A stretch of DNA of 64,000 bases, taken from positions 26,712,399 through 26,776,398 of the forward strand of contig NC_092401.1 in the NCBI RefSeq assembly GCF_030028105.1, read 5' to 3'. Shown piece by piece: positions 26,821 to 39,449 of the stretch. How positions within the stretch are numbered: position 1 is the stretch's first letter; every line of letters starts with the position of its first letter. Under the pieces are notes generated by a model. It was not told the origin of the DNA, did not search any database, and was given only the letters and a program-made list of their open reading frames with translations. A program made the position numbers and the translations under genes. The stretch is from Mobula birostris. Its lineage: Eukaryota.

Positions 26821-28267
26821 GTACAGCACAACACAGGCCCTTCAATCCACAATGTTGTGCCAAACCTTTAATCTACGCAAAGATCGGTCCAACCCTTCCA
26901 GCCCACGTAGCCCTCCATGTTTTTCTGTCATCTGTGTGCCTATCTAAGGGTCTCTTTAATGCCCCTAATGTATCTACCTCTACCACCACCTCTTCATTCA
27001 TTCCACACATCCACCAAAACCTACCTCTGACATCGCACCCCCCCCGCCATACTTTCCTCCATTCACCTTAACACCATGCCCCCTCGTACTAGACAGTTTT
27101 GAACTGGCTGTCCATTCAACCTAAACCTCATCATCTTAAACACCTCATCAAGTCACCTCTCATCCTTCTTCACTCCGGAGAGAAAAGCACTAGCTCACTC
27201 AACTCTTTAGATTTGTGTAAAGGATGGACTTTTGCTTTGGTGGTTGTGGGCTTGATCAGAATGGTGGAACATCAGCAGGTCAGCAGCATCAGTGGAAGGA
27301 AAGGGACAGCACTCCCTTTCACCGAGTGCCTTCATCACTACCTTTGTTGCCCCAGACTCTAGCATCGGCCATCTCATGTCTTCTGAGGCATGGTCACAGC
27401 TCCATTCCCATCAAATACAACTGCACAGAAACCCCACTCTAATACCACTATAATGGCAACCACACGATAATCAGACTCCTTGCTGACAGAGTCGGCATCT
27501 GGAACTTACTGAAACAGAAAGTTTTTGAAATACTCATCACATCAAGGAGCATCCATGATCGAGTGGAAATCAAATGCGTTTTAAAATGAAGTTAAGTGGG
27601 AAGGTAGGAGACAATAGAGTGGGTGTCGTGATTGGGCAGATTGGAGCCCAAAGGTCAATCAGTAGTCCAGAAGTTGGAGCCCGATGACCAAGGCCTGGAG
27701 ACTGGAGTTGGCCAGAGCACTGGGTCTGCAAAATCCCAAGTCCACTGGGGTCGTCGAAGGTACACTATCTGCGTTTCTGAGTCCACTGGAAGCTGAAGGC
27801 CCAAGAAGACAACCTGTCTTGGGATTCAAGGACTGTGTATGTGTGAGGGAGGAAAGGAGCTTGTTTTCCTTCTGGTGTCTTGTTGCTCATTGTGTTCTGT
27901 GTTGCTCTGCTGATCACTGTGGGCATGCTGTGCTGGTGCCGGAACATGTGGTGACACTTGTGGGCTGTCTCCGGCACTATCTTTGCTTATTTGACGCAAA
28001 TTATGTATTTCACTGTATGTTTCGACATACATGTGACAAACAGAGCTAATCTTTTTTAAAAAATGTAATTGAAGGTAAGAGAGGGGTATGTCAGAGGTAA
28101 ATTCTTTACATAGGGAGTGGTAAATGCAGGGAATACCCTGACAGGGGTGGTAGTAGATGCTGATACATTGGGGCATTTAAGAAACTCGTAGATCAGCACA
28201 TGGATGATAGAAAAACGGAGGCCTATGTAGGAGGGAAGGGTTAGATTAATCTTGGAGTAAGTTAAAG

Positions 28268-29472
28268 CAGTGGTCCCCAACCACCGGGATGCGGACCGGT
28301 ACAGGGCCGCAAAGCATGTTCTACCGGGCCGCGAGGAAACGTTATGATTTGGCGATGAGTCAGCTGCACCTTTCCTCATTCCCTGTCACGCCCACTGTTG
28401 AGCCATTACACATGCGAGGTCATTACCCGCGCGTCATCCGTGTCAGCGTGGGAAGGAGATCAACTCCTCGAGCTTGCAAATGACGGTGGGCTGAAAAGAT
28501 GCTTGACATAACATCTCTGCCGGCATCCTGGATCAAAGTCTAAATATCCTGAGATAGCCACGAAAGCACTGAAAACGTTGCTTCCATTTCCAACATATCT
28601 CTGTAAAGCGGGGTTTTCTGCAATGAACGCAACGAAAACTAAATTGCAGAATAGACTGGACATAAGGAACCTCCTTCGAGTATCGCTGTCTCCCATCACC
28701 CCTCGATGTTGCAGGGAACAAGTATTCAGCCCAGGGCTTCCACTGATACAGCGATATTGGTGTGTTGCAATGATTTTATATGTTCATACGGGGAAAATAT
28801 GTGCTGTGTGTTTAATATCCAAACGTTACTTAAAATGTTATGATGCTATTGACTTATAAGTGACTTATATAACCATATAACAATTACAGCACGGAAACAG
28901 GCCATCTCGGCCCTTCAAGTCCATGCCGAACGCTACTCTCACCTAGTCCCACCGACCTGCACTCAGCCCATAACCCTCCATTCCTTTCCTGTCCATATAC
29001 CTATCCAATTTTCCTTTAAATGATAATATCGAACCCGCCTCTAGCACTTCTACTGGAAGTTCTTTCAACACTTACTTCAAGCTCCCCTGTCCTCCCCTGA
29101 TAATTGACTTATCACTATATTCACGCGAGGAAAATATGCGCTGTGTGTTTAATATTAAATTCGTTAGAGAAGCCCTTTTAGAAACGAAATTGAGTGTATT
29201 AGCCACATATCAACTATATTCCGGTCGTGATTAACCCCCCCCCCCCCGAAACAGAATCGCCAAAAACGATTTTCAGGAAAAAATTGGCACGTACACGCAT
29301 GCGCACTGGTGCCCGCACAAGGCTTCATGGTCATTGTAGTCTTTCTTGGGGTAAACACAACGTATTTGACTGCTACTCTTATCCGTTGGCAACCCTCCCC
29401 TCCATGGCCAGTCCGCAAGAATATTGTCAATATTAAACCGGTCCGCAGTACAAAGAAGGTTGGGGACCCCTG
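28268..29472 (+). mobile_element. Non-autonomous hAT (Charlie/Buster-type) DNA transposon
   Basis: TIRs CAGTGGTCCCCAACC and GGTTGGGGACCCCTG; perfect 8 bp TSD AGTTAAAG; transposase C-terminal remnant YPEIATKALKTLLPFPTYLCKAGFSAMNATKTKLQNRLD. Confidence 0.92.
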
Positions 29473-31399
29473 AGTTAAAGAGTAAAGTCCAGAGTAGATC
29501 CTTCTCGCCCTTTGTGTCACCCAGCAATGCCCAATTTAATCCTAGCCTAATCACGGGACCATTTACAATGACCAATTAGCCTACTAACTAGTATGTCTGG
29601 TGCCAAGCTGTATTGGTCCCTGCCCTTCCCTTGGACAACATCGGTGTCGTGGAGAGGGGAGACTTGCAGCATGGGCAACTGCTGGTCTTCCATACAACCT
29701 TGCCCAGGCCCGCGCCCTGGAGAGTGAAGACTTCCCAGGCACAGATCCATGGTCTAGCAAGACTAATGGATGCCTTTAGCATGTCTTTAAACTGTAGGAG
29801 GAAACCAGAGCACCCAGAGGAAACCAACATGGTCTCAGGGAGAAAGTACAAACTCCTTACAGGCTGCTGCAGGAATTGAATCTGGGTTGCCTGTACTGTA
29901 AAGTGTTGTGCTAACCACTACGCTACTGTGCTGATATACTGTTCTATGTTCTACGTGTGTGGTTGGGTGGGATGGAGAAAAGGAGCTTGTTTGTCTATTG
30001 TCATTTGTTTGTTGCTATTTTTGTGTTGTTGTTGCTGCTTGTGTTGTTTGGCTGAAAATGGGGGGCATGTTGTGTTGGTGCCAGAATGTGTGGTGACAAC
30101 TCTCAGGATGCCCCCAGCTGTGGTTAACATTAATGACACATTTCACTATACATTTCCATGTACATCTGGCAAATATATGAACCTCTAATCTGAAAGAGCG
30201 AGCCTCAGTAGTGTCGGTTGAGACACAGTGTGGAGGCCTCATTCGGAGCTGATCTACCTGGAGGGTGAGGTAAGAGAGAGAGTTGAATGAGGGCGGGTGG
30301 TGGGGTAAACACCCATATTGGAACTACAAGATATGGAGGAACAGACCCTGCAGATCATCAAAACCTGTGATAAAATCTGGAGAGATCGCAGAGAGAGAGT
30401 CTGACCTGCTGAGTTTCTCCAGCATTTTGTGTGAGTCATTCTAAAATCTGGAGATAGCCCCCTCCCATTCTCCTTAGCCTAATGAACGAAATATCAACCT
30501 GTTGAGCCTGTCTAGCTGAATACCTTGTGTCCCACCAACATGAATACAAATCTCTCTCTCTGTCGGAAGGAAAGGCTAGAATGATTGTGGAGTGGTTTTA
30601 TGTTGGCTGGCATGACATTGTGGCCTGAAGGACCATACTATGCTGAACTGTTCCATGTTCTTAATGCCATCAGAAAGCTTTTCCACTGAGCAGTCGAGAG
30701 AGAACTGGTTGTCCTTGAAGGATAAATTAGATTCACAGAGCAAAGAGTTAACATGGAGCAAAACAAGTCTATTTCCTCCCTCCCATCCACCCACTCAAGC
30801 TCACATACAGTCCTCCAACCCCCAGGACAGGCTGTCCTTGGCCTCCCGCGGACTTGTGGATTCGCAGGCACTGGGCTTCGACTTCCCCGGTGGTTTTACA
30901 GACCCCCGATCAACCTTTGGGCTTTGATTTTTGGTATCGGCCCCAGGACTCACCAATGAGTGAGGTCACTACGTTTGCCTGCATTTGGCCCATATCCCTC
31001 GAAACCCTTCCTATCCATGTACCTGTCCAAGTTCCTTTTAAATGTTGATCATATACCTGCCTCAGCCCCTTCTTCAGGCATATACCGACTGCTGTCTGGG
31101 TGAAAAAGTTGCTCCTCAGGTTCCAACTAAATCTCTCCGCTCTCATCTTAAACCAATGCCCTCTGGTTCTTGAGTCCCCAGCCCTGGGTGCAGATCATGG
31201 AAAGAGCTCAGGGTACCAACCGCTCAGTCAACTGAGCAGTGTAAGTGGCAAAAGTTTTTTTAAAACTCTCATTCAGTATGCCCAATACCAGACCCGTCAG
31301 CAGTTAAGGTGTGGGTTTCAACACCCAGGCTTTGTGAATCATCATTTTTACCCACTGGGTGGAGACACTGCAATGTAATCTGTCACACAGAAAGGATAC

Positions 31400-31556
31400 A
31401 GTACAGGTTTCGGTGTTTAATCCACAAGAAGTGAACTTTGCCGTGAGATACAAGTGGGGAGAGAGTTCCTTCATCTTCCCTCTGTGTTAGAATGGGGATG
31501 AAGTGCTCGATCTCTGACATGTCCACATCGCCTTTGTAATTTCGACATATTAGGAG
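31400..31556 (-). CDS. AP1M2: AP1M2 exon 2 (LLICRNYKGDVDMSEIEHF...HFLWIKHRNLY)
   Basis: Acceptor TTACAG; 157 nt; ends at a U12-type donor GTATCCTTT. Confidence 0.95.
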
Positions 31557-34500
31557 CTGTAACAGGAGGTTAAAAGACACAAATAGTAGTGTCAAGAATC
31601 AAAATTGCTTATTGTCATTCTTCAGCACTCAAGTGTAAAGAAGAACATAATGATTGTTACTCCAGATCCAATACAGCATATAAAAAACACACACAAGATA
31701 AAGAACACAATAAATATAAATAAAAGCAATCCTATAAAACACAATGTGGAAGTAACTGTTGATTGTGGCATAATCTTAAGAATATGCACAAGATTAGCTT
31801 CTAGACAGTACGTAGACTGATTGTAGAAAGTGACACTAGGCGCAGGGATACCTGAACATAAGGAAATGATAATATGATAAAGTGACTCTTGGCAAGAGCA
31901 ACTCTTCAGGTAGCAGCAGGGAATATGGAAACACAGTGACTGTGTCAGTGTAGGTACGAGGTGTGGAGTGTAAGCATAAAGTGACAGTGCATGGGGGGGG
32001 CGGGCGGGGGAAATGAAGGGTGCCATCCTTCTCATTTGCCTTATTTTGGAGGAGAGTGTGGAAGTTCTCCCCAGCGCCCTGTCCACTATTTGTCATTTAA
32101 TCCAACATTAGGAACACATGAAAAACACCAATAACCAGCAATATCACTGCTGTTTGTGAGGGGTTGTGATATGCAAATCGGCCATTCAGATAAAACCAGT
32201 TGTGTTTTTAGAACTAAAGAAAATTGGATTTTAGTGACAATACACATTTCCTTTAAAACCTGAACTCTTCACTTCTGAGTCCTGGAACTTCAATTAAACC
32301 CAGAGATTAATCTTTGCTGCAAGACATTGACTGTTACCTGGTTGCAAATTAAACTAGCAGCAGTTCTTTTTGACCTTTCAAGTTCTAATGGAACTTGGAT
32401 TATTCACCTTAAAACTCTTCATCTGCATAAATTCTCCAAGGCTCAAAGGGCATATGTATGTTCCACAGAGTCACAGGGACATACAGTGTAGCCACAGGCC
32501 CTTTAGCCCACTGAGACTGTACCAAAGATCAAACGACCACTTACACTAATCCTACACGACTTCAATAGATCCTGCAGATGCTGGAAAACTGGAGCGATGC
32601 ACACAAAATGCCAGTGGAACTCAGCACTTCAAGCAGCTTCTATCCCTTTCTTTCCAGTTCTGATGAAAGGTCTCAGACCAAAATGTTGACTGGTTATTCT
32701 CCTCCAGAAATCCTATATGAATTCGTTTATATTATAACATAGAACAGTATAGCTCTTCCCCACACAATGTTGTGCTGAACTTTTAATCTGCTCTACTCCA
32801 TAATCAATTTAACACTTCCCACCCGCATAGTCCTCCATTTTTATTTCATCCATGTGCCTATCCAAGACTCTCTTAAATGTCCCCAATGTATATGCCTCTA
32901 CCATTACCCCTCGCACCTACCACTCTATGTAAAAAACTTGCTTGTGACATCCCCACTATACTTTCTTCTGATTATCTTAAAATGATGCCCCTTTCATTAG
33001 CCATTTCAGCTCTGGGGAAAAAGTCCACTCTATTTCTGCTTCCCCATACTCTTTTACACCTCTAACAAGTCACTTCTCACCCTCCTTTGCTTCAAAGAGA
33101 AAAGCCTGAACTCGCTCTCCCTCTGCTTATAAGACATGCTTTCTAGTTCTGGTAAATCTGCTCCACACCCTCTCCAAAGCTTCCACATCCTTCCTATAAT
33201 GAGATGACCAGAACGGAATGCAATAGTTCAAGTGTGGTCTAATCAGTTTTATAGAGCTGCAACATTATCTCACAGCTCTTGAATTCAATCCCCAGACTAG
33301 TGAAGAGTAGCACACCATATGCATTCTTAGCCACCTAACTAACTTGCACTGCATCTTTGAGTGATTAACAGGGATCCCAAGATCCTTCTGTTCCTCCACA
33401 CCGCTAAGGATCCTGCCATTAAACTTGTACTTTGCCTTGAAGTTTAACCTCCAAAATTAAAGCATTCTCCCCACGTTCTTCAAAACGTACAGTGAAATGC
33501 ATCATCTGCCCCAACAACCAGCACAGTCCAAGCATGTGCTGGGGGCAGCCCGCAAGTGTTGGCACACTTCTGGTGCCAACATAGCATGCCCACAACTCGC
33601 TAATCCTAACACACATCTTTTGGAATGTGGGAGGAAACCAGAGCACCCGGAGGAAACCCACATGGTCACGGAGGGAACATACAAATTCCCTACAGACAGT
33701 GGTGGGAACTGAACCCCAGTCACTGGGATTGAAAAGTGTTACGCTAGCCACTTATCCATTTCTACCAGATTCTAGCACTCGCCTACACAATAGGTGAAAT
33801 TTGCAGCTGCAAATTAACCTACCAACCTGCAAGTCTTTACGATGTTGGTGGAAACTGAGGAACCTACTGTCATTACTGAAATCTGGAGCAAAAAACAAAC
33901 TACTGAAGGCACTCAGAAAGCCATGCAGCATCTGTGGAGGCAGAGGGATGATTGTGGATTCAGGTCAAGACCCTGCATTAGGACTTGATGCAAGTCCTTC
34001 AGTCTGTTTCATTGCAAACTGCTTACACTGACACAAGGTCTCAACCCAAAACGCCAACCACCCTTCTGCCTCCACAGATGCTGCCTTACCCACGGAGTTC
34101 TTCCTTCAGCCTTTTATGTGTTGTCACGTTCTATGAAATGCTTCAACATATACAAATTAGAGGTCAGCTTTCTTTGAGCAATCTTATTACAGTCCAACGA
34201 ATCCAAATCCCTTATACAATTTACCTGCGGTTTCAGTTGTCACACATAAACAAGAGACAATAAGTCAAAGGATCAGAATTAGGCCAAACGGCCCATTTGA
34301 CCATGGCTGATTTACTGTCCGTCTCAACCCTATTCTCCTGCTCTCTCCTCATCTCCAGTTTCCCTCCATTTTCCAAAGACATTTGGGCTAGGAAGTTGGT
34401 GGATCACATGGGCTTGTGGGCTGGAAGGGCCTGTTACTGTGCTGTATCTCTCAAATAATTAAAATATCCTTACTAATCAAAAGCCTATAAATCTGCTTTA

Positions 34501-35274
34501 AATACACCCCATGACCTGGTCTTCACAGCCATTTGTGGCAATGATTTCCACAGATTCACTACCCTCTGCTTAAGGAAATTCCTCCTCATCTCTGTTCTAA
34601 AGCGATGTCCTTCAATTTTGAGGCTGTGTCCTCTGGTCCTAAACTCATCCACTATTGGAAGCATCCTCTACATGTCTACTTTTTCAATATTTGGGGGATT
34701 TCAATGAGATTCACCCCACCCCCCGCATTCTTCTAAACTCTGGTGAATCAAATGCTCAAAGAGCATAGAGAGACAGGAGCAGGAAACAATCTCCCAGCTC
34801 TTCAAATCTGCCCCACAACTCAACATGATGGTGGACGATCTACCCAGTCCTCTACCCCTCCTCTCTGAGTTCCCACTTGCCCTCAGCTCCTGATCTATCA
34901 AACACTTTTCTGCCTTATTTTCAAGCAGAACATAGAACATAAGTGGTACGGTTGTGTAGCAGTTAGTGCAATGCTTTACAAGGGCAGCGATCTGCGTTCA
35001 GTTCCTGTTGCTGTCTATAAGGAGCATGTACACTCTCCCCGTGACTGTGTGGTTTTCCTCCAGGTGCTCTGGTTTCCTCCCCCATTCCAAAGACTTATGG
35101 TTAGGATTAGTGAGGTGCGGGCACGCTATGTTGGCACCAGAAGCATGCCAACACTTGCAGACTGCCCCCTGCACATCCTTGGACTGTGTTGATTGGCTTT
35201 TCATTGGTATGTTTCGAAGTACTGTACATGCAACAAATAAAGGAAATCTTTCTTTACATTTCAACATTTCAAAA

Positions 35275-35910
35275 TGCAGGAACTCCCATTGGCTACCCAT
35301 TTCAATTCCATTCATATTCCCTCACCTGCACATCTGCCCATGGCCTCCTCTACAGCCACGATGAGGCCAGATATATGTTGGAAGAGCAAACCCTCAATAT
35401 TGTCCCGGGAGTCTGAAACCAAATGGCAGCACATCGATTTTCCAACATCCATCAACCACTCCCATTTGTCCTACTCCCCTCACCCTTTGTTTTCCCTCAC
35501 TCTGAAGGCCTTCTTACCCTTTCTCTTTCATTCTGCCAGCCTCATAACTTGCCCATCTCCTCCCTCTGGTTCCCCACCTCCTTTGCTTTATCCATTGCCT
35601 ACTGTCTTCTCTTAACAGATTCCTTCTTCAGCCCTTTCCCTATTCCATCTGTCACCTCTTAGCTTCTCTCATAATACCCCCTACCCCACCTACGTTTTCC
35701 ATCACCTGAATTCACCTATCACCTGCCAGGTTGTGTTCCTTCTTCTCCAACATTATCCTGGTTCTTGTCATCTTCCTTTCCCATCCTGATGATGTGCCTT
35801 GGCCTGAACCATCGACTGTTCACTTGCCTCCATAGAAGCTGCCCGATCTGTTGAGATCCTCCAGTGTTTTATGTGGGTTCAAAACTTCAGATCTGCAGAA
35901 TCTCATGTCT
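35275..35910 (+). mobile_element. Penelope-like element 3' remnant (GIY-YIG endonuclease C-terminus, pyrimidine-rich UTR, hammerhead-bearing end)
   Basis: Frameshifted LPLATHFNS...HGLLYSHDEARYMLEEQTL...IDF, then a CT-rich tract and a degenerate hammerhead at 35781-35818. Confidence 0.75.
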
Positions 35911-36029
35911 TTGGCCCAATGAATCCAACCTGACCATTCAAACTCCTCCATTCCCGTCAATGTGCCAACACCTCTCTTTACGACTCCATCCACTTGGTGA
36001 CATACATAGATAGATTCATAAAGAAAGCT

Positions 36030-36630
36030 TTCGGCATAAGGAAATTCACAAATCAGGGCAATGAGTACAGGCATTGGGATGTTTTGTTGAAGTTGTAGAA
36101 GACAATAGTGAGGGCAAATTTGGAGTATTGTGTGCATTTCTGGTCATCTACCTGCAGGAAAGATATCAATAAGATTGAAAGAGTGCAGAGAAAATTTACA
36201 TGAATGTCGCTGGGACTTGAGGACTGAGTTATATATAGGTTAGGACTTCATCCCCTGGAGTGCTGGAGAATGAGGGCGGATCTTATGGTGTTATACACAA
36301 TTATGATGGGAATAGCTCAGGTGAGTACTTGCAGGCTTTATCCCCTCCGGTTCTACTAGTAGAGGCTATAGGTTTAGGGTGAAAGGTGAAATATTTAAGG
36401 GGAACCTGAAGAGCAATCTCTTCACTCAGAGGGTGCTATGAGTATAGAACGAGCTGCTGGTGAAATTGGGAGATCTAAGTTCAATTGTAACATTGAAGAG
36501 AAGTTTGGTTAGCTACATGTACGTGAGGCCTTTGGTGGGATATGGTCTGGTGCAGGTAGATAGAGTTAGGCAGAGGACCAGGCCAACTAGAAGGGCTGAA
36601 GATCCTGCTTCTGTACTGTGGTGTCCTATG
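36030..36630 (+). mobile_element. CR1-type LINE 3' fragment (many further CR1 3' relics occur throughout the window)
   Basis: Degenerate LEYCVHFWS...IERVQRKFT and a 3' UTR. Confidence 0.75.
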
Positions 36631-36724
36631 AATCTAACTCCTTCAATACTTGTAGCAATTTACAGTGGAAATCTAAAAGCCAGAAGAAAAAAGAAAATCA
36701 AACCTTTGCAGGAATACAACATAT

Positions 36725-37185
36725 TCTGCAGATGCTGAAATCTTGAGCATCTCACACAGAATGCTGGAGAAACGCAGATCAGGAAGCATCTATGGAGGTG
36801 AATAAATGATCAGCAATTCAGGCTGAGACCCTTCATCATTGATTTCTGCCCACTCCCACTCCTCTCTCTTTTTCAATCCCCATTCTGGCTCCCCTCTTAC
36901 CCCTTCTCTTCATCTCTCACTGGTGCTCCCCTCCTTCCCTTTCTCTGATGGTCCTCTATCAAATTCCTTCCTCTTTAGCCCTTTACTTATTCGAAGCACT
37001 TATCATCTCCCAGCTTCTCACTTCACCCACCAGTTCGTACTTCTTCCCCTTTCCTCTCCCATCCTGATGAAGGGTCTCAGCCCAAAACGTCTGTTTATCC
37101 CTCAGAAGTTGCCTGACCTGTTGAGCTCCTTCAACAGTTTGTTTGTGTAGCTCTGGGTGGGTTTCCGACATCTGCACAATCTCAT
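36725..37185 (+). mobile_element. Penelope-like fragment with an inverted terminal copy
   Basis: Inverted copy of the element end (36725-36838) followed by the CT-rich UTR and a sense hammerhead at 37061-37092. Confidence 0.65.
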
Positions 37186-37788
37186 TTTCCACCAGTAGTG
37201 TTTTTGCTTCTGGTTTGCTGATTGCAACCCGAGATGCTGCTGGACCTGGTGAGTTGCTCCAGCCTTTTGTGTGTAACTACTAGAGGAACTCAGCAGGTCA
37301 GGGAAATGGAAAGTCAGTTTTGTGTTTTATTTGCTCCAGATTCCAGCATCTGCATCTTGGGCCTCCATTTAGCTACCAGGACAGACACGTCGCCACGGTC
37401 ACAACTAACCCTCAAATGCAAGGCTGGCATTAAATCAGATTGAACTAATTTCTTCTACTCAGCTTTAATTAGCAGCACGCTTAAAACAAAAGGAACTCCA
37501 CATCGAAGGCCTTGGCATAGGTTTCAACGCGTCTTGACTTTGTACTTGAAAGAACAAAGCACAGTTTTGGAAAGTTGAAAAGTTCCCATTCTTATGAAAA
37601 TTCCAGTACCGGGACTAAAACCCAGTTAAGTGAAACAGGAAATGCAGCATCGACTAGCGATCACTTACAATGCAAGGCGTGGACCTGGATGACCTGTACC
37701 TCGTCAACCGGCCCGGGGAAGGTAAATCCTTCCCTCTTGTCCAGAATTTTTGGAGATTCCAGTGGGAAGTGACCATAAAAGAACTTAC

Positions 37789-37830
37789 CTTGCCTTTAAG
37801 GTCAAGGATAAAAACCGCGGAGGCTGACAT
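37789..37830 (-). CDS. AP1M2: AP1M2 exon 1 (MSASAVFILDLKGK)
   Basis: ATG at 37830; donor GTAAGT at 37788. Confidence 0.95.
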
Positions 37831-37989
37831 CCCCCGTGCCTTAGAGAGTTGCTGAAATCCCCAGCAGCCACTTCCTGCTTCCCTGCGCACCTTTCCACAG
37901 GTAACTCCCGCCTCCGACCGGCCTCTTAAAGGTGAGGGCGTCGCCCGCATTCCCTGTCACCCGACAGAAAACATAGCAAGCAAATGTTG

Positions 37990-38430
37990 ACTAACACACA
38001 AAATGCTGGCTGAACTCAGCAGGTCAAGCACTATCCATGGAGAGGAGTAAGCAGTTGACGGTTCAGGCTGAAACCCTTCATCAGGACTGGAAAGAAAGGG
38101 GGCAGAAGCCGTACTGAGAAAGTGGGAGTGGTAAAGGATTACGAAGTGAGACCAAGTAGGGAGTAAGGTAGGTGGGTGGCGAAGTGAGAAGCTGGGAGGT
38201 TAAATATGTGGACGAGGCTGAAGAAGAAGGAATCTGATAGGGGAGGAGAGCGGACCATGGGACAAAGGGAAGGAGGAGAGGCAAGAGGGGATCCTGAATG
38301 GGTGATGATAAAAGATAGAAGAAGGAGGGGGATTCCAAAGTTGCCACCAGAAGGGGAAGAGGGTGTTTTTTTCAAACTGCAAGTGAAAGACAGCAGATGC
38401 TAGAAATCTAAATCAAAAAGAGAAAATCTT
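37990..38430 (-). mobile_element. Penelope-like 3' fragment just upstream of AP1M2 exon 1
   Basis: Same terminal family with a hammerhead at 38052-38089 and a GA-rich UTR. Confidence 0.65.
38052..38089 (-). ncRNA. Minimal hammerhead ribozyme motif
   Basis: Reverse complement: CAGTC CTGATGA A GGG TTTCAG CCT GAACC GTC AACTG. Confidence 0.6.
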
Positions 38431-39237
38431 GAGAGTACTCAGCAAGGATTAGACAGGGTGGACATTGAATGAATTAAGTAAGAGGAGGTGTCTGAAAGGT
38501 GCCTGGTCTCAGCAAGGTGGAGGTGCATAGCCGCCAACCCCGGATTCGGGACGGCACCCCTGACTGACTGACTGACCGACTGAGGAAGGTGGAGGTCAGT
38601 TCGCCAGACTGAACAGTCCTGGTGAAGAGCCACGGCCCGAAACGTCAAATATTCATTCCTCTCCTCAGATGAGTTCCTCCAGCATTGGACAAGGCGCTGG
38701 AGAGTTACAAAAAAGCCAGGAAGATGCTTAAGAACGGATTTAGGAGAGCTAGAAGAGGACACGAGAAGGCTTTGGCAAGTCGGATTCAGAAAAGCCACAA
38801 TGCATTCTACATGTATCTGATGAACAGGAGTGAGGATTGGATTGATCAGGAATAAAAGAGGAAACATGAGCTTGGAGTCCCAGGATGCAGTGAAGGCCCT
38901 TAATGAATACTTTGCTTCAGTATTCACCAGGGAGAGGCTAAGTTATTTAGTGCGAAAGGGAACTTGACGAAGACGAGGACAGCGCAAAACAGGCTGATAT
39001 GCTGGAACATGTCAACTTTAAGAAAGAGCATGTGCTGGAATTTTTCGATGAGAGTCATAGCTGGCGTGGACAGCCAGAGCCTATAGACTGTAAGCCGCGC
39101 TGTAACCGAAGTGCTCATGCACGCATAGCCTTTGTTACCCTGCAGCTGGAATGTTCTTTTATACAACATTAATATAATTTTGAAAATATGTTATGCAAAA
39201 GCAAAAATTATCAAATTACGGTCAAGTATCTTGGTGA

Positions 39238-39436
39238 CATACTCAAAAAATTCTGGCGAACGCAGCAGGTCAGGTAGCATCTATAGGAAGAGGTACAGTC
39301 GACATTTCGGGCCGGGACGGGTCCCGACCGTACCTCTTCCTATAGATGCTGCCTGGCCCGCTGAGTTCACCAGCATTTTTGTGTGTGTGTTGCTTGAATT
39401 TCCAGCATCTGCACATTTCCTCGTGTCTGTGTTTTT
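39238..39436. mobile_element. Palindromic Penelope-derived insertion with a 14 bp TSD
   Basis: Two inverted arms; flanked by AAGTATCTTGGTGA (39224-39237) and AAGTACCTTGGTGA (39437-39450). Confidence 0.8.
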
Positions 39437-39449
39437 AAGTACCTTGGTG

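Larger units (their letters stand above)
26186..31399 (-). other. U12-type (minor spliceosome) GT-AG intron, AP1M2 intron 2
   Basis: 5' splice site GTATCCTTT (31399-31391); branch site TTTTCCTTTAACC (26208-26196) about 12 nt upstream of the AG; no polypyrimidine tract. Confidence 0.9.
3439..37830 (-). other. AP1M2: AP-1 complex subunit mu gene (mu1B-like), 12 coding exons, 423 aa
   Basis: Exons of 42+157+68+131+148+127+143+72+159+126+76+23 nt = 1272 nt join in frame with GT-AG boundaries. mu1B-type residues: VFILD, NYKGD, VHFLWIKH, NASLVY, FGFPQ, YKKNEVFID, FELTGR, EKFSHSRVE, KKQSVAN, YFTVSG, VRYMKI. Confidence 0.88.

Noticed and set aside
3439-37830. AP1M1 as an alternative identity
   Set aside because: Most diagnostic positions match mu1B (FILD, YKKNEVFID, FELTGR, KKQSVAN, VRYMK).
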